This document shows, one piece after another, positions 17,332 to 24,928 of a stretch of DNA of 54,265 bases. The position numbers and the translations under genes were made by a program. This stretch comes from a virus (Duplodnaviria > Caudoviricetes): IMG/VR virus record IMGVR_UViG_3300044471_000002, positions 1 to 54,265 of that record, one strand, 5' to 3'. The notes under the pieces were generated by a model that worked only from the letters and a program-made list of their open reading frames with translations, was not told the DNA's origin and did not search any database. Each line of letters opens with the position of its first letter. Within the stretch, counting starts at the first letter, position 1.

Positions 17332-18807
17332 ATGGCACAATTACCCGTTTGCTCGGTGACTAACGCCGCAGACACGAACGCAGTATCCCTTTCCGTCGCA
17401 AGGGTCTGCGAGCCCGCAGCCGACACCCTCTGGAAGTACCTCCAGCCCAACGAAATCAGCTCGTTTTCCGCCGAGCTGACTACTGTCGCCCGCGACCCTA
17501 TCAGCCTTGACCGCATGGCCCGCAAGGGAACCATCACCGGTCTTGCTGCCAGCCCGGCCTTCACGTCTGACAATTTTATGGACCTCGTGCGCTACTTTGG
17601 AGACGCGCAGTTGTACTCTACGTGGAAAGGCCAGCCAGTATTCGGCAAGTTGCCCACCGCCGCCACCGCGACCGGGTATACCGTGCCGACTGGCGCGATT
17701 GTGGCCGCTGGCACGCTGGTCTATGCGGCTGGCTGGTCAACTCCAGGTAACAACGGCCTGAAAGTCGTGACGTCTGGCAGCACCGCGACGGAAATCAAAG
17801 TAGCTGGCCTGACCGCCGAGACCGCTCCGGCTTCCGCCGTGCTGCATATCGTGGGCGTACAGGCTACCACTGGTGACCTTGTAGTCGATGCAGACGGCAA
17901 TCTGACCAGCACCACGCTGGACTTTACCACGCTCGGCCTGACTGTTGGCCAGTGGGTTCATGTCGGCGGCATAGGCGCGGCTAACCAGTTCGCCAACGCG
18001 GACAACTACGGTCTGGCTCGTGTGGACGCGATCGCCACCAACAAGCTCTCCCTCAGCCAGCGCGAGCAGGCGTACACCGCTGATACCGGCACCGGCAAGA
18101 CCATCCACCTGTATTTTGGGTCGTTTGTGCGCAACGTGCCGGTCGATAGCCCAGACTTCCAGCGTGTACGTCACACACTCGAAGCCCGCTACAATACCAG
18201 CCCAGTGCTGTACGAGTATGCCCGCGATGCCTACTGCAACACCATGGCGCTTGGCTTCCCGCTGGAAGACAAAGCGACCCTGGAGTTCGGCATGGTCGCC
18301 AAGGACATCGAGGCGCCTACCAGCACTCGCAAACTGGGCGCCAGCTGGACTGACATGGTGCAGTCCGAGGCGTTCAACACGGCGGCTGACTTCATGCGCT
18401 TGCGTGTGGCGGGCATCGACGAGATGGGATATGACACGTACTTCAAGGACACCACCGTCACGATCGACAACGGCGTAACCCCCGAGGTCGTGCTGGGCAA
18501 CTTGGGCACGGCGTTCATCAACCTCGGAAACCTGGCAGTTACCATCGAGACCGAGACGGTAATGGTCAACGGCGCGGTCTTGGCGGCTATCCGCAACAAC
18601 ACCACGGTCTCGCTGGCGATGGGTCTGCGCAATAACGACGGCGGGTTCGTTGTGGACATCCCGAGCATGACGATGGGAGACGGCACTAAAGCGCTCAACC
18701 GGAACGAGAAGGTGAAGGTCACAGTGGCCTGCACGGCCTTTAAGGATCCAGTGCTGGGCTACGCTTGCGGTATCTCGGTATTTGGGTACTTGCCGCCCGC
18801 GGAGTGA
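17332..18807 (+). CDS. Major tail tube protein
   Basis: 491 aa, Thr-rich; VARDPIS.DRMARKG; AGGAG RBS; lies upstream of chaperone and tape measure genes. Confidence 0.85.
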   Translation: MAQLPVCSVTNAADTNAVSLSVARVCEPAADTLWKYLQPNEISSFSAELTTVARDPISLDRMARKGTITGLAASPAFTSDNFMDLVRYFGDAQLYSTWKGQPVFGKLPTAATATGYTVPTGAIVAAGTLVYAAGWSTPGNNGLKVVTSGSTATEIKVAGLTAETAPASAVLHIVGVQATTGDLVVDADGNLTSTTLDFTTLGLTVGQWVHVGGIGAANQFANADNYGLARVDAIATNKLSLSQREQAYTADTGTGKTIHLYFGSFVRNVPVDSPDFQRVRHTLEARYNTSPVLYEYARDAYCNTMALGFPLEDKATLEFGMVAKDIEAPTSTRKLGASWTDMVQSEAFNTAADFMRLRVAGIDEMGYDTYFKDTTVTIDNGVTPEVVLGNLGTAFINLGNLAVTIETETVMVNGAVLAAIRNNTTVSLAMGLRNNDGGFVVDIPSMTMGDGTKALNRNEKVKVTVACTAFKDPVLGYACGISVFGYLPPAE

Positions 18808-18826
18808 TGCGCGGCAGGTAGACTGG

Positions 18827-18855
18827 AAGCCTCGCATCTGCGGGGCTTTTTATTT
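18827..18855 (+). terminator. Rho-independent terminator
   Basis: AAGCCTCGC-ATCT-GCGGGGCTTTTTATTT. Confidence 0.85.
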
Positions 18856-19136
18856 GTTGCTTGCACTCCCGCCCAGCTCGTGTAATATTAATATCACTAC
18901 CAGCCCAGCAGGGCGGTGGCGCAGATAACCCCCTGCAGTGTGGTAAGACGCCGGGCGGGGCTAGGCGGTTGCAAACGCTCCCTGAGAGTTCCTCGGCCTG
19001 TAGTATTGGGCTTGTCGAGACCACACGGACACTGGGAAAGACTAGCGGATGCTCCACGATACGGAGCACATAATAAGAGCAGTGCTTGGTGTGGTGATTT
19101 GCAAGCTCGCCGTCGTTAGCTCCACGAAATGGGGCG

Positions 19137-19224
19137 CACAACTGAGGTTGCACTGAATGGGCTTCACCGCGAGCGGTTCGAAACGCGCCTTAGAATTACG
19201 CGGAGCAGTGCAACCCCAGTTGTG
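19137..19224 (+). ncRNA. Stem-loop cassette 1 (19-bp inverted repeat)
   Basis: CACAACTGAGGTTGCACTG ... CAGTGCAACCCCAGTTGTG; contains GGTTCGAAAC. Confidence 0.55.
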
Positions 19225-19463
19225 GTGGATGCGGCAGCCAAGCCGCGAGGGTGGGAAACTGCGATAGCGCATAATGCCGGCACGTTTACGTGCTGTAATT
19301 TGGGAAATAGCGCGCCCAGGGCGGCCGACTTGATAAGGGCGGTCTGGCAGAAAGCAAGCGAGAGATTGGCACTCGCCATCACAACAAGCATGACGGCCCG
19401 CAGATGTGTAAGACCGCCTACTCACGCCGTTCAACGGTAGGCGCCGGATAAAGGTAACCGGCT

Positions 19464-19587
19464 CACAACTGAGGTTGCATTGGTTAAGGTTACCTCTAAT
19501 ATGCTAGGCAGGTTCGAGTCCTGATTGTTGCAAGGTGCGGGCAGAATTGAGTCGCGTTCGATTCGTGGCAGTGCAACCCCAGTTGTG
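19464..19587 (+). ncRNA. Stem-loop cassette 2 (same 19-bp arms)
   Basis: CACAACTGAGGTTGCATTG ... CAGTGCAACCCCAGTTGTG; two T-arm-like hairpins inside. Confidence 0.55.
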
Positions 19588-19672
19588 GAAGATTGGCAGA
19601 GTGGCAATGCAGCTGGTTGCTAACCAGTAGGACCGAAAGGTTCCGTGGGTTCGATGCCCACATCTTCCTCCA
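19587..19672 (+). tRNA. tRNA-Ser(GCT)
   Basis: Acceptor GGAAGAT/ATCTTCC, anticodon loop TTGCTAA, long variable arm, GGTTCGA T-loop, encoded CCA. Confidence 0.92.
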
Positions 19673-19678
19673 ATTAAA

Positions 19679-19755
19679 GGCCCCGTAGCTCAATTGGCAG
19701 AGCAACCGACTCATAATCGGCTGGTTGCCGGTTCGAGTCCTGTTGTGGGCCACCA
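19679..19755 (+). tRNA. tRNA with CAT anticodon, probably Ile2 (lysidine) type
   Basis: GGCCCC start, loop CTCATAA, A73 and CCA as in enterobacterial tRNA-Ile2; one extra base in the acceptor 3' strand. Confidence 0.85.
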
Positions 19756-19975
19756 GATAAAGCCGCACGACGATGTGGTAAAGTCCTCGTGTCGTTAGCT
19801 CTTCCTCAAGGTACATAGCGAGCGGGGCACAGAATCTCCACCCGTCAGGAGGTGACCCGCTGTAAACCGGCGCCTAGCCGCAAGCAGCCTATCTCGCCCA
19901 CCGGGGCGTCATCCGGCCAGCGGCACACCACCGAGAGGCGTAGTGTTGCTACCCACACTAACCATCGAGGCGACA

Positions 19976-20470
19976 ATGAATATCTCCAAACTCACCAAGG
20001 CGCTCAGCCCGGCAAATCTGGCCGAGACCTGCGAGATTACTATCTCCCCTGCTTTTTCGATCACTATTCACCACGTATCTGCCATCAACCAGAGCTACAA
20101 CGCAGCCACTGCCAAGTTTGCGCTGGTCAACCCGCAGCACCCGCTGTTTACTGACTTCGCTTCGTTCTGGCCAGACCTCGCTGGCGCCAAGGTCACGCCC
20201 TACACGCTGCAATTCCTGGCGCATGTGGTAGTGGCTGACTGGATGCTACTGGAAGACCCTCAGCCTGCATTAGACGAGGAAGGCAACCCCCTACTGCGTG
20301 AAGGAGGAATGCCAGCTATGGAAGACCCTGTGGCTGTGCCCTATAGCCCCGAAGCCTTTATCGAGCTGATGACGGGTGATGACCAGTTCCAGCGGTCAAT
20401 CCCCACCAAGCTCCTGCAGGCGTGCCTTGCGCCCAGCACCTTCAAAGTAGACCTGATCGTAAAGAGCTAA
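19976..20470 (+). CDS. Tail assembly chaperone (G-like)
   Basis: Between tail tube and tape measure; VVVADW...VPYSPEAFIEL; GAGG RBS. Confidence 0.8.
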   Translation: MNISKLTKALSPANLAETCEITISPAFSITIHHVSAINQSYNAATAKFALVNPQHPLFTDFASFWPDLAGAKVTPYTLQFLAHVVVADWMLLEDPQPALDEEGNPLLREGGMPAMEDPVAVPYSPEAFIELMTGDDQFQRSIPTKLLQACLAPSTFKVDLIVKS

Positions 20471-20745
20471 AGGCCGTCGCCGATTGGCGTCAAACCAACA
20501 AGGGCGACTCACTCGATTGGGTCGCCCAGTCTGCCAAGGCTCGCGGCCGGCCTGTCCCTGAGATAGTGCAGAAGCGGCCAGAAGTGCCGCAACAATACCT
20601 CTGGTTCTGGACGGCTTATTGGGATTTGTGCACCGAGCGCCAGCCAGGCGGCTTGATACCCATGAGCAAAGTCCGAGAGTACGCCCACCTGCACGGCATG
20701 CCTTACACTGTGCTGCGCGGTGTCGTGCAGGGTATGGAGTCGTGA
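20461..20745 (+). CDS. Tail assembly chaperone C-terminal extension (GT-like, -1 frameshift)
   Basis: -1 frame ORF without its own RBS; WFWTAYWDLCTERQ..GLIP.S.VREYA motif. Confidence 0.7.
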   Translation, partial: KELKAVADWRQTNKGDSLDWVAQSAKARGRPVPEIVQKRPEVPQQYLWFWTAYWDLCTERQPGGLIPMSKVREYAHLHGMPYTVLRGVVQGMES

Positions 20746-20783
20746 TATACTGACGCCATTGTGAAATAGAGCGAGACAACGGC

Positions 20784-23561
20784 GTGGGTAGTTCATACGG
20801 GATCGACATTCAGGTAAATCCGCAAGGCGCCGTCTCCGGTTCCCGTACTGCCAAGCGCAGCCTGCAAGAAATCGAGCAAGCTGCCGATAAGGCGCAAGGG
20901 TCTGTCAGCGGGGTAGCTGGCGAGCTTGCAGGTATGGCGATTGAAGCCGCCGCAGGCGTGGCCCCGGTGGCTGCTCTTGCGGCAGCCGTGCGCACATCAA
21001 TTCAAGCCAACCGTCAATTCGAGAAATCCCTTTCCGACCTGAGCGCCATTACTGGTGCAACAGGCGACCAGCTCGCGTACCTCAAAGCACAAGCGCAGGA
21101 CATCGGCGCGACCACATCCCTATCAGCCAGCCAAGCTGCCGAGGCTTTCAAGCTGATCGCCTCTGCCAAGCCTGACCTGCTCGAATCGTCCACTGCCCTG
21201 AATGAAGTGACTCGCGCAGCCGTGACCTTGGCGGAAGCGGCAGGAACCTCATTGCCAGATGCTGCCAATACGCTAGGCTCGGCGCTTAACCAGTTTGGAG
21301 CCGGAGCGGAAGAGGCCACTCGTTATATCAACGTGTTGGCGGCGGGTGCCAAGTTCGGCGCAGCAGAAGTCGATCAGGTAGCGGAGTCCCTCAAGAATGC
21401 GGGCGTGTCGGCTGCCAGTGCAGGAGTAAGCTTTGAAGAGACCAACGCGGCCATTCAAGCTCTCGCAGCCGTGTCCATCAAAGGCGGAGAAGCCGGTACC
21501 GCACTACGTAACATCGTCCTCAAGCTCGAGACGGACGTAGACCAGAAGCTCCGCCCGTCCGTTGTGGGCTTGGCGGGTGCATTGGAAGAGCTGGCCAAGC
21601 GCAATGAGGACACAGCCGCCCTTACCAAGCGTTTCGGGCTCGAAAACATCAACGCGGCCCAAGCGCTGCTGACTAACGTCGATAGTGTTAAGGAGCTGAC
21701 TGCCCAGCTGACCGGCACTAACACCGCCATGGAGCAGGCAGCCACCCGCACCAATAACCTTGACGGCGACATCAAGCAGCTCAGCTCTGCGGCGGAAGCC
21801 CTCGCACTGTCGCTCGGTGAGAAGCTAAACCCTGCGGTGCGTGCCATCACGCAGGCTATGACCATCTCGTCCACGGCAGCTGCTAACTGGCTCGACTCCA
21901 TCAGCGACATGCCCACAACTGTGGACGGAGCGACGCTCAAGCTGGCTGGCCTCTACGAGGAGATGGCGAGTCTCCGAGACGCCGCGCAGAAACTCAGGAC
22001 TGACGGTAGCGGGCTGTTTGGGCCGAGTGGCATCGACATCAAGAAGGCCGAAGAGTACGAGGCGCAGCTCGCAGTGCTTCAAACCCAATCGGCTAAATTG
22101 TCCGAGCGGTTGCTTAAACTTAAAGGCAGTGGGTTTGGCGGCACTCCAGACGCACCAGCTGCCAAACCCAAGGCACCCACAGTTGCTGCCATACCGACGA
22201 CCAGCGCAGAGGGCCAGAAAGCCCTTGAAGCCCTCAAGCAGCAAGCCGAGCTGGCCAAGCTGTCAGGAGAGGCTCGCGCCAGGCTGACCGCCATCCAGAA
22301 GTTAGGAGCATCAGCCACAGCGGAAGAGAAGGCCGAAGCTGAGCGACTGGCGACTGAGATTTACCGGCTCGACGAGGCGCAGAAATCGGCCACCAAGTCT
22401 GCCAGCGAGCAGGCCAAGAGCGCCGAAGAGGTTAAGCGCCAGCAAGAAGCCAACGCAGACACCGTGGCCAAGCTGCGGGAAGAGTTGAATCAAGCCGCGC
22501 TGTCTGGCAGCGAGTTGGCGCAGCGTCAAGCCGAGCTTACCCTCAACTCGTATGCCACGCCCGAGCAGGTCCAGCAGGTGCGCGACCTCGCGGCGGCTAT
22601 CAGTGACCTCGAGGCCAAGAAGAAAGCCGAACAGGAATTCACGCAACTCAGTCAGCAGTTTGAAGACCCTATCGCCAAGCTGGAGCGTGAACGCGCCGAG
22701 CGACTGGCTATCATCCAGACCTACGAGCAGTTGGAGACAGACAGCCACGCGCAGGCCGAAGCGGCCCGCGCTGAGGTAGAGAACCGGTACAACCAGCAGC
22801 GTATGGCTGCTATGGAAGAGATGTACCGCCAGCAGTCGTGGGGCAACGAACTGGTGATGGACTCCATAGACGCGCTAGGCGCAGCTAGCACTAACGTTAT
22901 CTCCGGCCTGCTGTCCGGCACCATGAGCGTCAAGGACGCCATGCAGCAATTCGCCAACATCATCCTGAACAGCGTGGTAGGGGCGTTTGTTGACCTTGGC
23001 GTCGAGTACATTAAGAACCAGGTTCTGGCTAGCACCGCGCAGGCAACCCAGCTCGCCATGGCGGCCGCCACCGGCCCAGCGATCGCAGCAGCCTACGCCC
23101 CCGCCGCCGCCATGGCCTCTCTCGCCAGTTTTGGTGCCAACGCGGCTCCGGCGACGGCAGGCATCACTTCAACTGTGGCCGCGTCGAGCGCCTTGGCGCT
23201 GGCTGGCTTCAAGGATGGCGGCTTTACCGGCAACATGGGCACGTCTCAGGTAGCCGGGGTGGTACACGGTCAAGAGTACGTCATGAACGCTGAGGCCACG
23301 CGTCGTATCGGTGTCGGAAACTTGGAGCGTATGTCGTCGGGTGGCAGTATGGGTGGCGTGAACATCACCGTCGAGAATAACGCCCCGGGGGTGCGGGTGA
23401 GCGCCGAGCAGCTGACAGAAACCGATGTGCGTATCATCGTGAGCGAGGAGCTTGAGTCCCAATTGCCCGGCCGCATGACAGCCGAGCTGGCCGACCCGTA
23501 CTCTGACAGCCGCGCCGTGCTGAGCAGCAACTACAATATCCAGAGGAACACCGTCCGATGA
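20784..23561 (+). CDS. Tape measure protein
   Basis: 925 aa, Ala-rich and helical; TP901-type core (LSAITGATG...TSLSASQAAEA); C-terminal GF.DGGFTG...AGVVH..EYV. Confidence 0.95.
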   Translation: MGSSYGIDIQVNPQGAVSGSRTAKRSLQEIEQAADKAQGSVSGVAGELAGMAIEAAAGVAPVAALAAAVRTSIQANRQFEKSLSDLSAITGATGDQLAYLKAQAQDIGATTSLSASQAAEAFKLIASAKPDLLESSTALNEVTRAAVTLAEAAGTSLPDAANTLGSALNQFGAGAEEATRYINVLAAGAKFGAAEVDQVAESLKNAGVSAASAGVSFEETNAAIQALAAVSIKGGEAGTALRNIVLKLETDVDQKLRPSVVGLAGALEELAKRNEDTAALTKRFGLENINAAQALLTNVDSVKELTAQLTGTNTAMEQAATRTNNLDGDIKQLSSAAEALALSLGEKLNPAVRAITQAMTISSTAAANWLDSISDMPTTVDGATLKLAGLYEEMASLRDAAQKLRTDGSGLFGPSGIDIKKAEEYEAQLAVLQTQSAKLSERLLKLKGSGFGGTPDAPAAKPKAPTVAAIPTTSAEGQKALEALKQQAELAKLSGEARARLTAIQKLGASATAEEKAEAERLATEIYRLDEAQKSATKSASEQAKSAEEVKRQQEANADTVAKLREELNQAALSGSELAQRQAELTLNSYATPEQVQQVRDLAAAISDLEAKKKAEQEFTQLSQQFEDPIAKLERERAERLAIIQTYEQLETDSHAQAEAARAEVENRYNQQRMAAMEEMYRQQSWGNELVMDSIDALGAASTNVISGLLSGTMSVKDAMQQFANIILNSVVGAFVDLGVEYIKNQVLASTAQATQLAMAAATGPAIAAAYAPAAAMASLASFGANAAPATAGITSTVAASSALALAGFKDGGFTGNMGTSQVAGVVHGQEYVMNAEATRRIGVGNLERMSSGGSMGGVNITVENNAPGVRVSAEQLTETDVRIIVSEELESQLPGRMTAELADPYSDSRAVLSSNYNIQRNTVR

Positions 23562-24064
23562 GCGAGACACTCCCACGGCTTATCTACGCCGGAAAGCCAG
23601 TGCGGCCAGTACAGGCGGGCTACACGACTCGTGACCCATACGGCGCGGTCGTGACGAACACCCCGGGCGGGCTGTCCCGGGTGGCAACAGACCACTTGGC
23701 TGGCGTGTACGAAGTGTCGGCCACATACCAGTTGTCCGCTGTGGAGTACCTGTGGTGGGGGGCCTTCTACCACACCACGCTCAAAGAGGGCTCCATGCCG
23801 TTCATCGCCGAGCTGGCCCTCGACACACCTGTTATCCAAGAGTACGTGTGCCAAATCGTCGCGCAACCCAGCAAGCCCCGCAATCTCGGGTTCTACACGG
23901 AGGTAACACTCACGCTGGAAGCCGAGCCGATTATCGACGATGCGTATAATGACGTAGTGGTTGATATCATCGGTGGGGGTTATGGCGACGAGACCGCCGC
24001 GATGCTCAATCTTCTTGATCTTTACGCCAATACTTGGTGCCCGGAGTATCTCAATGACGCCTGA
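23558..24064 (+). CDS. Distal tail protein (putative)
   Basis: Follows the tape measure gene; GGLSR and EGSMPF motifs. Confidence 0.7.
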   Translation: MSETLPRLIYAGKPVRPVQAGYTTRDPYGAVVTNTPGGLSRVATDHLAGVYEVSATYQLSAVEYLWWGAFYHTTLKEGSMPFIAELALDTPVIQEYVCQIVAQPSKPRNLGFYTEVTLTLEAEPIIDDAYNDVVVDIIGGGYGDETAAMLNLLDLYANTWCPEYLNDA

Positions 24065-24566
24065 ATTTCGTGACATGCTGATTAACCGCCCCCGCGGCAT
24101 AGCGCTTCTGGAAGTCCTTGAGCTCTCGCACCCCAGCTTCTCGCAGACGTACTATCTGCTGCGCAACTACGTACGCAACGGCCTGCTCGACATCACGCTG
24201 GAGACCGGCCAGACCGTGACGGCGCAGTATGTGCCTAGCAAGATCCAGTGGGCGAGCAGCAAGACCAACATGGACCAAGTCCACAACGTCACGATCCAAG
24301 ACCTGAACGACATTGTGCAGGCCGAGGAGTCACGTGTGGCGTTGGATGACGACACGCCCATTAGCTGCAAGATCCGGTCGTACCGGTCGGACGACCTAAC
24401 GCAACCGGCAGACGGCCCAATCGAGCTTGAGGTATCCAGCATCGACTACGACAAACGGGGCTGCACGTTTACCGCCAGCCCGCCAAACGCCAACGAGACC
24501 GGTACTGGTGAGCGCTACACGGTCGAGCGGTTCCCTATGCTGCGGGGCTTTACTCAGACGTCATGA
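24054..24566 (+). CDS. Tail tip protein (DUF1833-like)
   Basis: LELSHPSFSQTYY...YRSDDLTQP...TGERYTVERFP.LRG. Confidence 0.8.
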   Translation: MTPEFRDMLINRPRGIALLEVLELSHPSFSQTYYLLRNYVRNGLLDITLETGQTVTAQYVPSKIQWASSKTNMDQVHNVTIQDLNDIVQAEESRVALDDDTPISCKIRSYRSDDLTQPADGPIELEVSSIDYDKRGCTFTASPPNANETGTGERYTVERFPMLRGFTQTS

Positions 24567-24928
24567 CGATCGGCCAGCGGTACGACCCAGATACTTACAA
24601 CTGCGTGGACTTCGCGTGGGAGCTTCTCGGCCCTACCGCGCCGGACGTCTCGCAGTGCAAGACCGTGCCGGGGTTCTTCCGCACGCTCCGCAAGCACTGG
24701 CAGCCGGCATCATGGCCGCCTGCCGAGAATGACCTTGTAGTTATGGTGTCGTGCCGACAGTGGCACCTAGGGGTATGGCGAGCTGGGAGGGTGTGGCATT
24801 GCTTAGACCAAGCCCAAGCGACCGATTATGGTACAATCAAGGCCATGTATCCACGTGTGGAATTCTACCGCCATGTTTCAGACAACCGTCAGGCTCTACG
24901 ACGACCCGACCCAGCCTCCGACAATTGA
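24563..24928 (+). CDS. NlpC/P60-like tail tip protein
   Basis: YNCVDFA...HLGVW..G.VWH catalytic Cys/His pattern. Confidence 0.85.
   Translation: MTIGQRYDPDTYNCVDFAWELLGPTAPDVSQCKTVPGFFRTLRKHWQPASWPPAENDLVVMVSCRQWHLGVWRAGRVWHCLDQAQATDYGTIKAMYPRVEFYRHVSDNRQALRRPDPASDN

Noticed and set aside
12079-18837. Long antisense ORFs (12079-12822, 13187-14044, 17737-18837; also 38464-39288, 40834-41817, 47071-48024)
   Set aside because: Shadow frames of GC3-biased genes; no RBS or recognisable motifs
19111-19136. Pistol- or hammerhead-like ribozyme in the ncRNA region
   Set aside because: P1 is mismatched and no pseudoknot partner or CUGANGA/GAAA core was found by eye
19137-19587. Mini-CRISPR array
   Set aside because: The repeats are inverted pairs with unequal spacing rather than regularly spaced direct repeats, and there is no cas operon. 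The Cas4-like gene is the common phage exonuclease type.
19756-19830. HDV-like (theta) ribozyme after the tRNA, suggested by TCCTCGT
   Set aside because: No P3 pairing around the motif and no P1 complement to the bases following the tRNA 3' end
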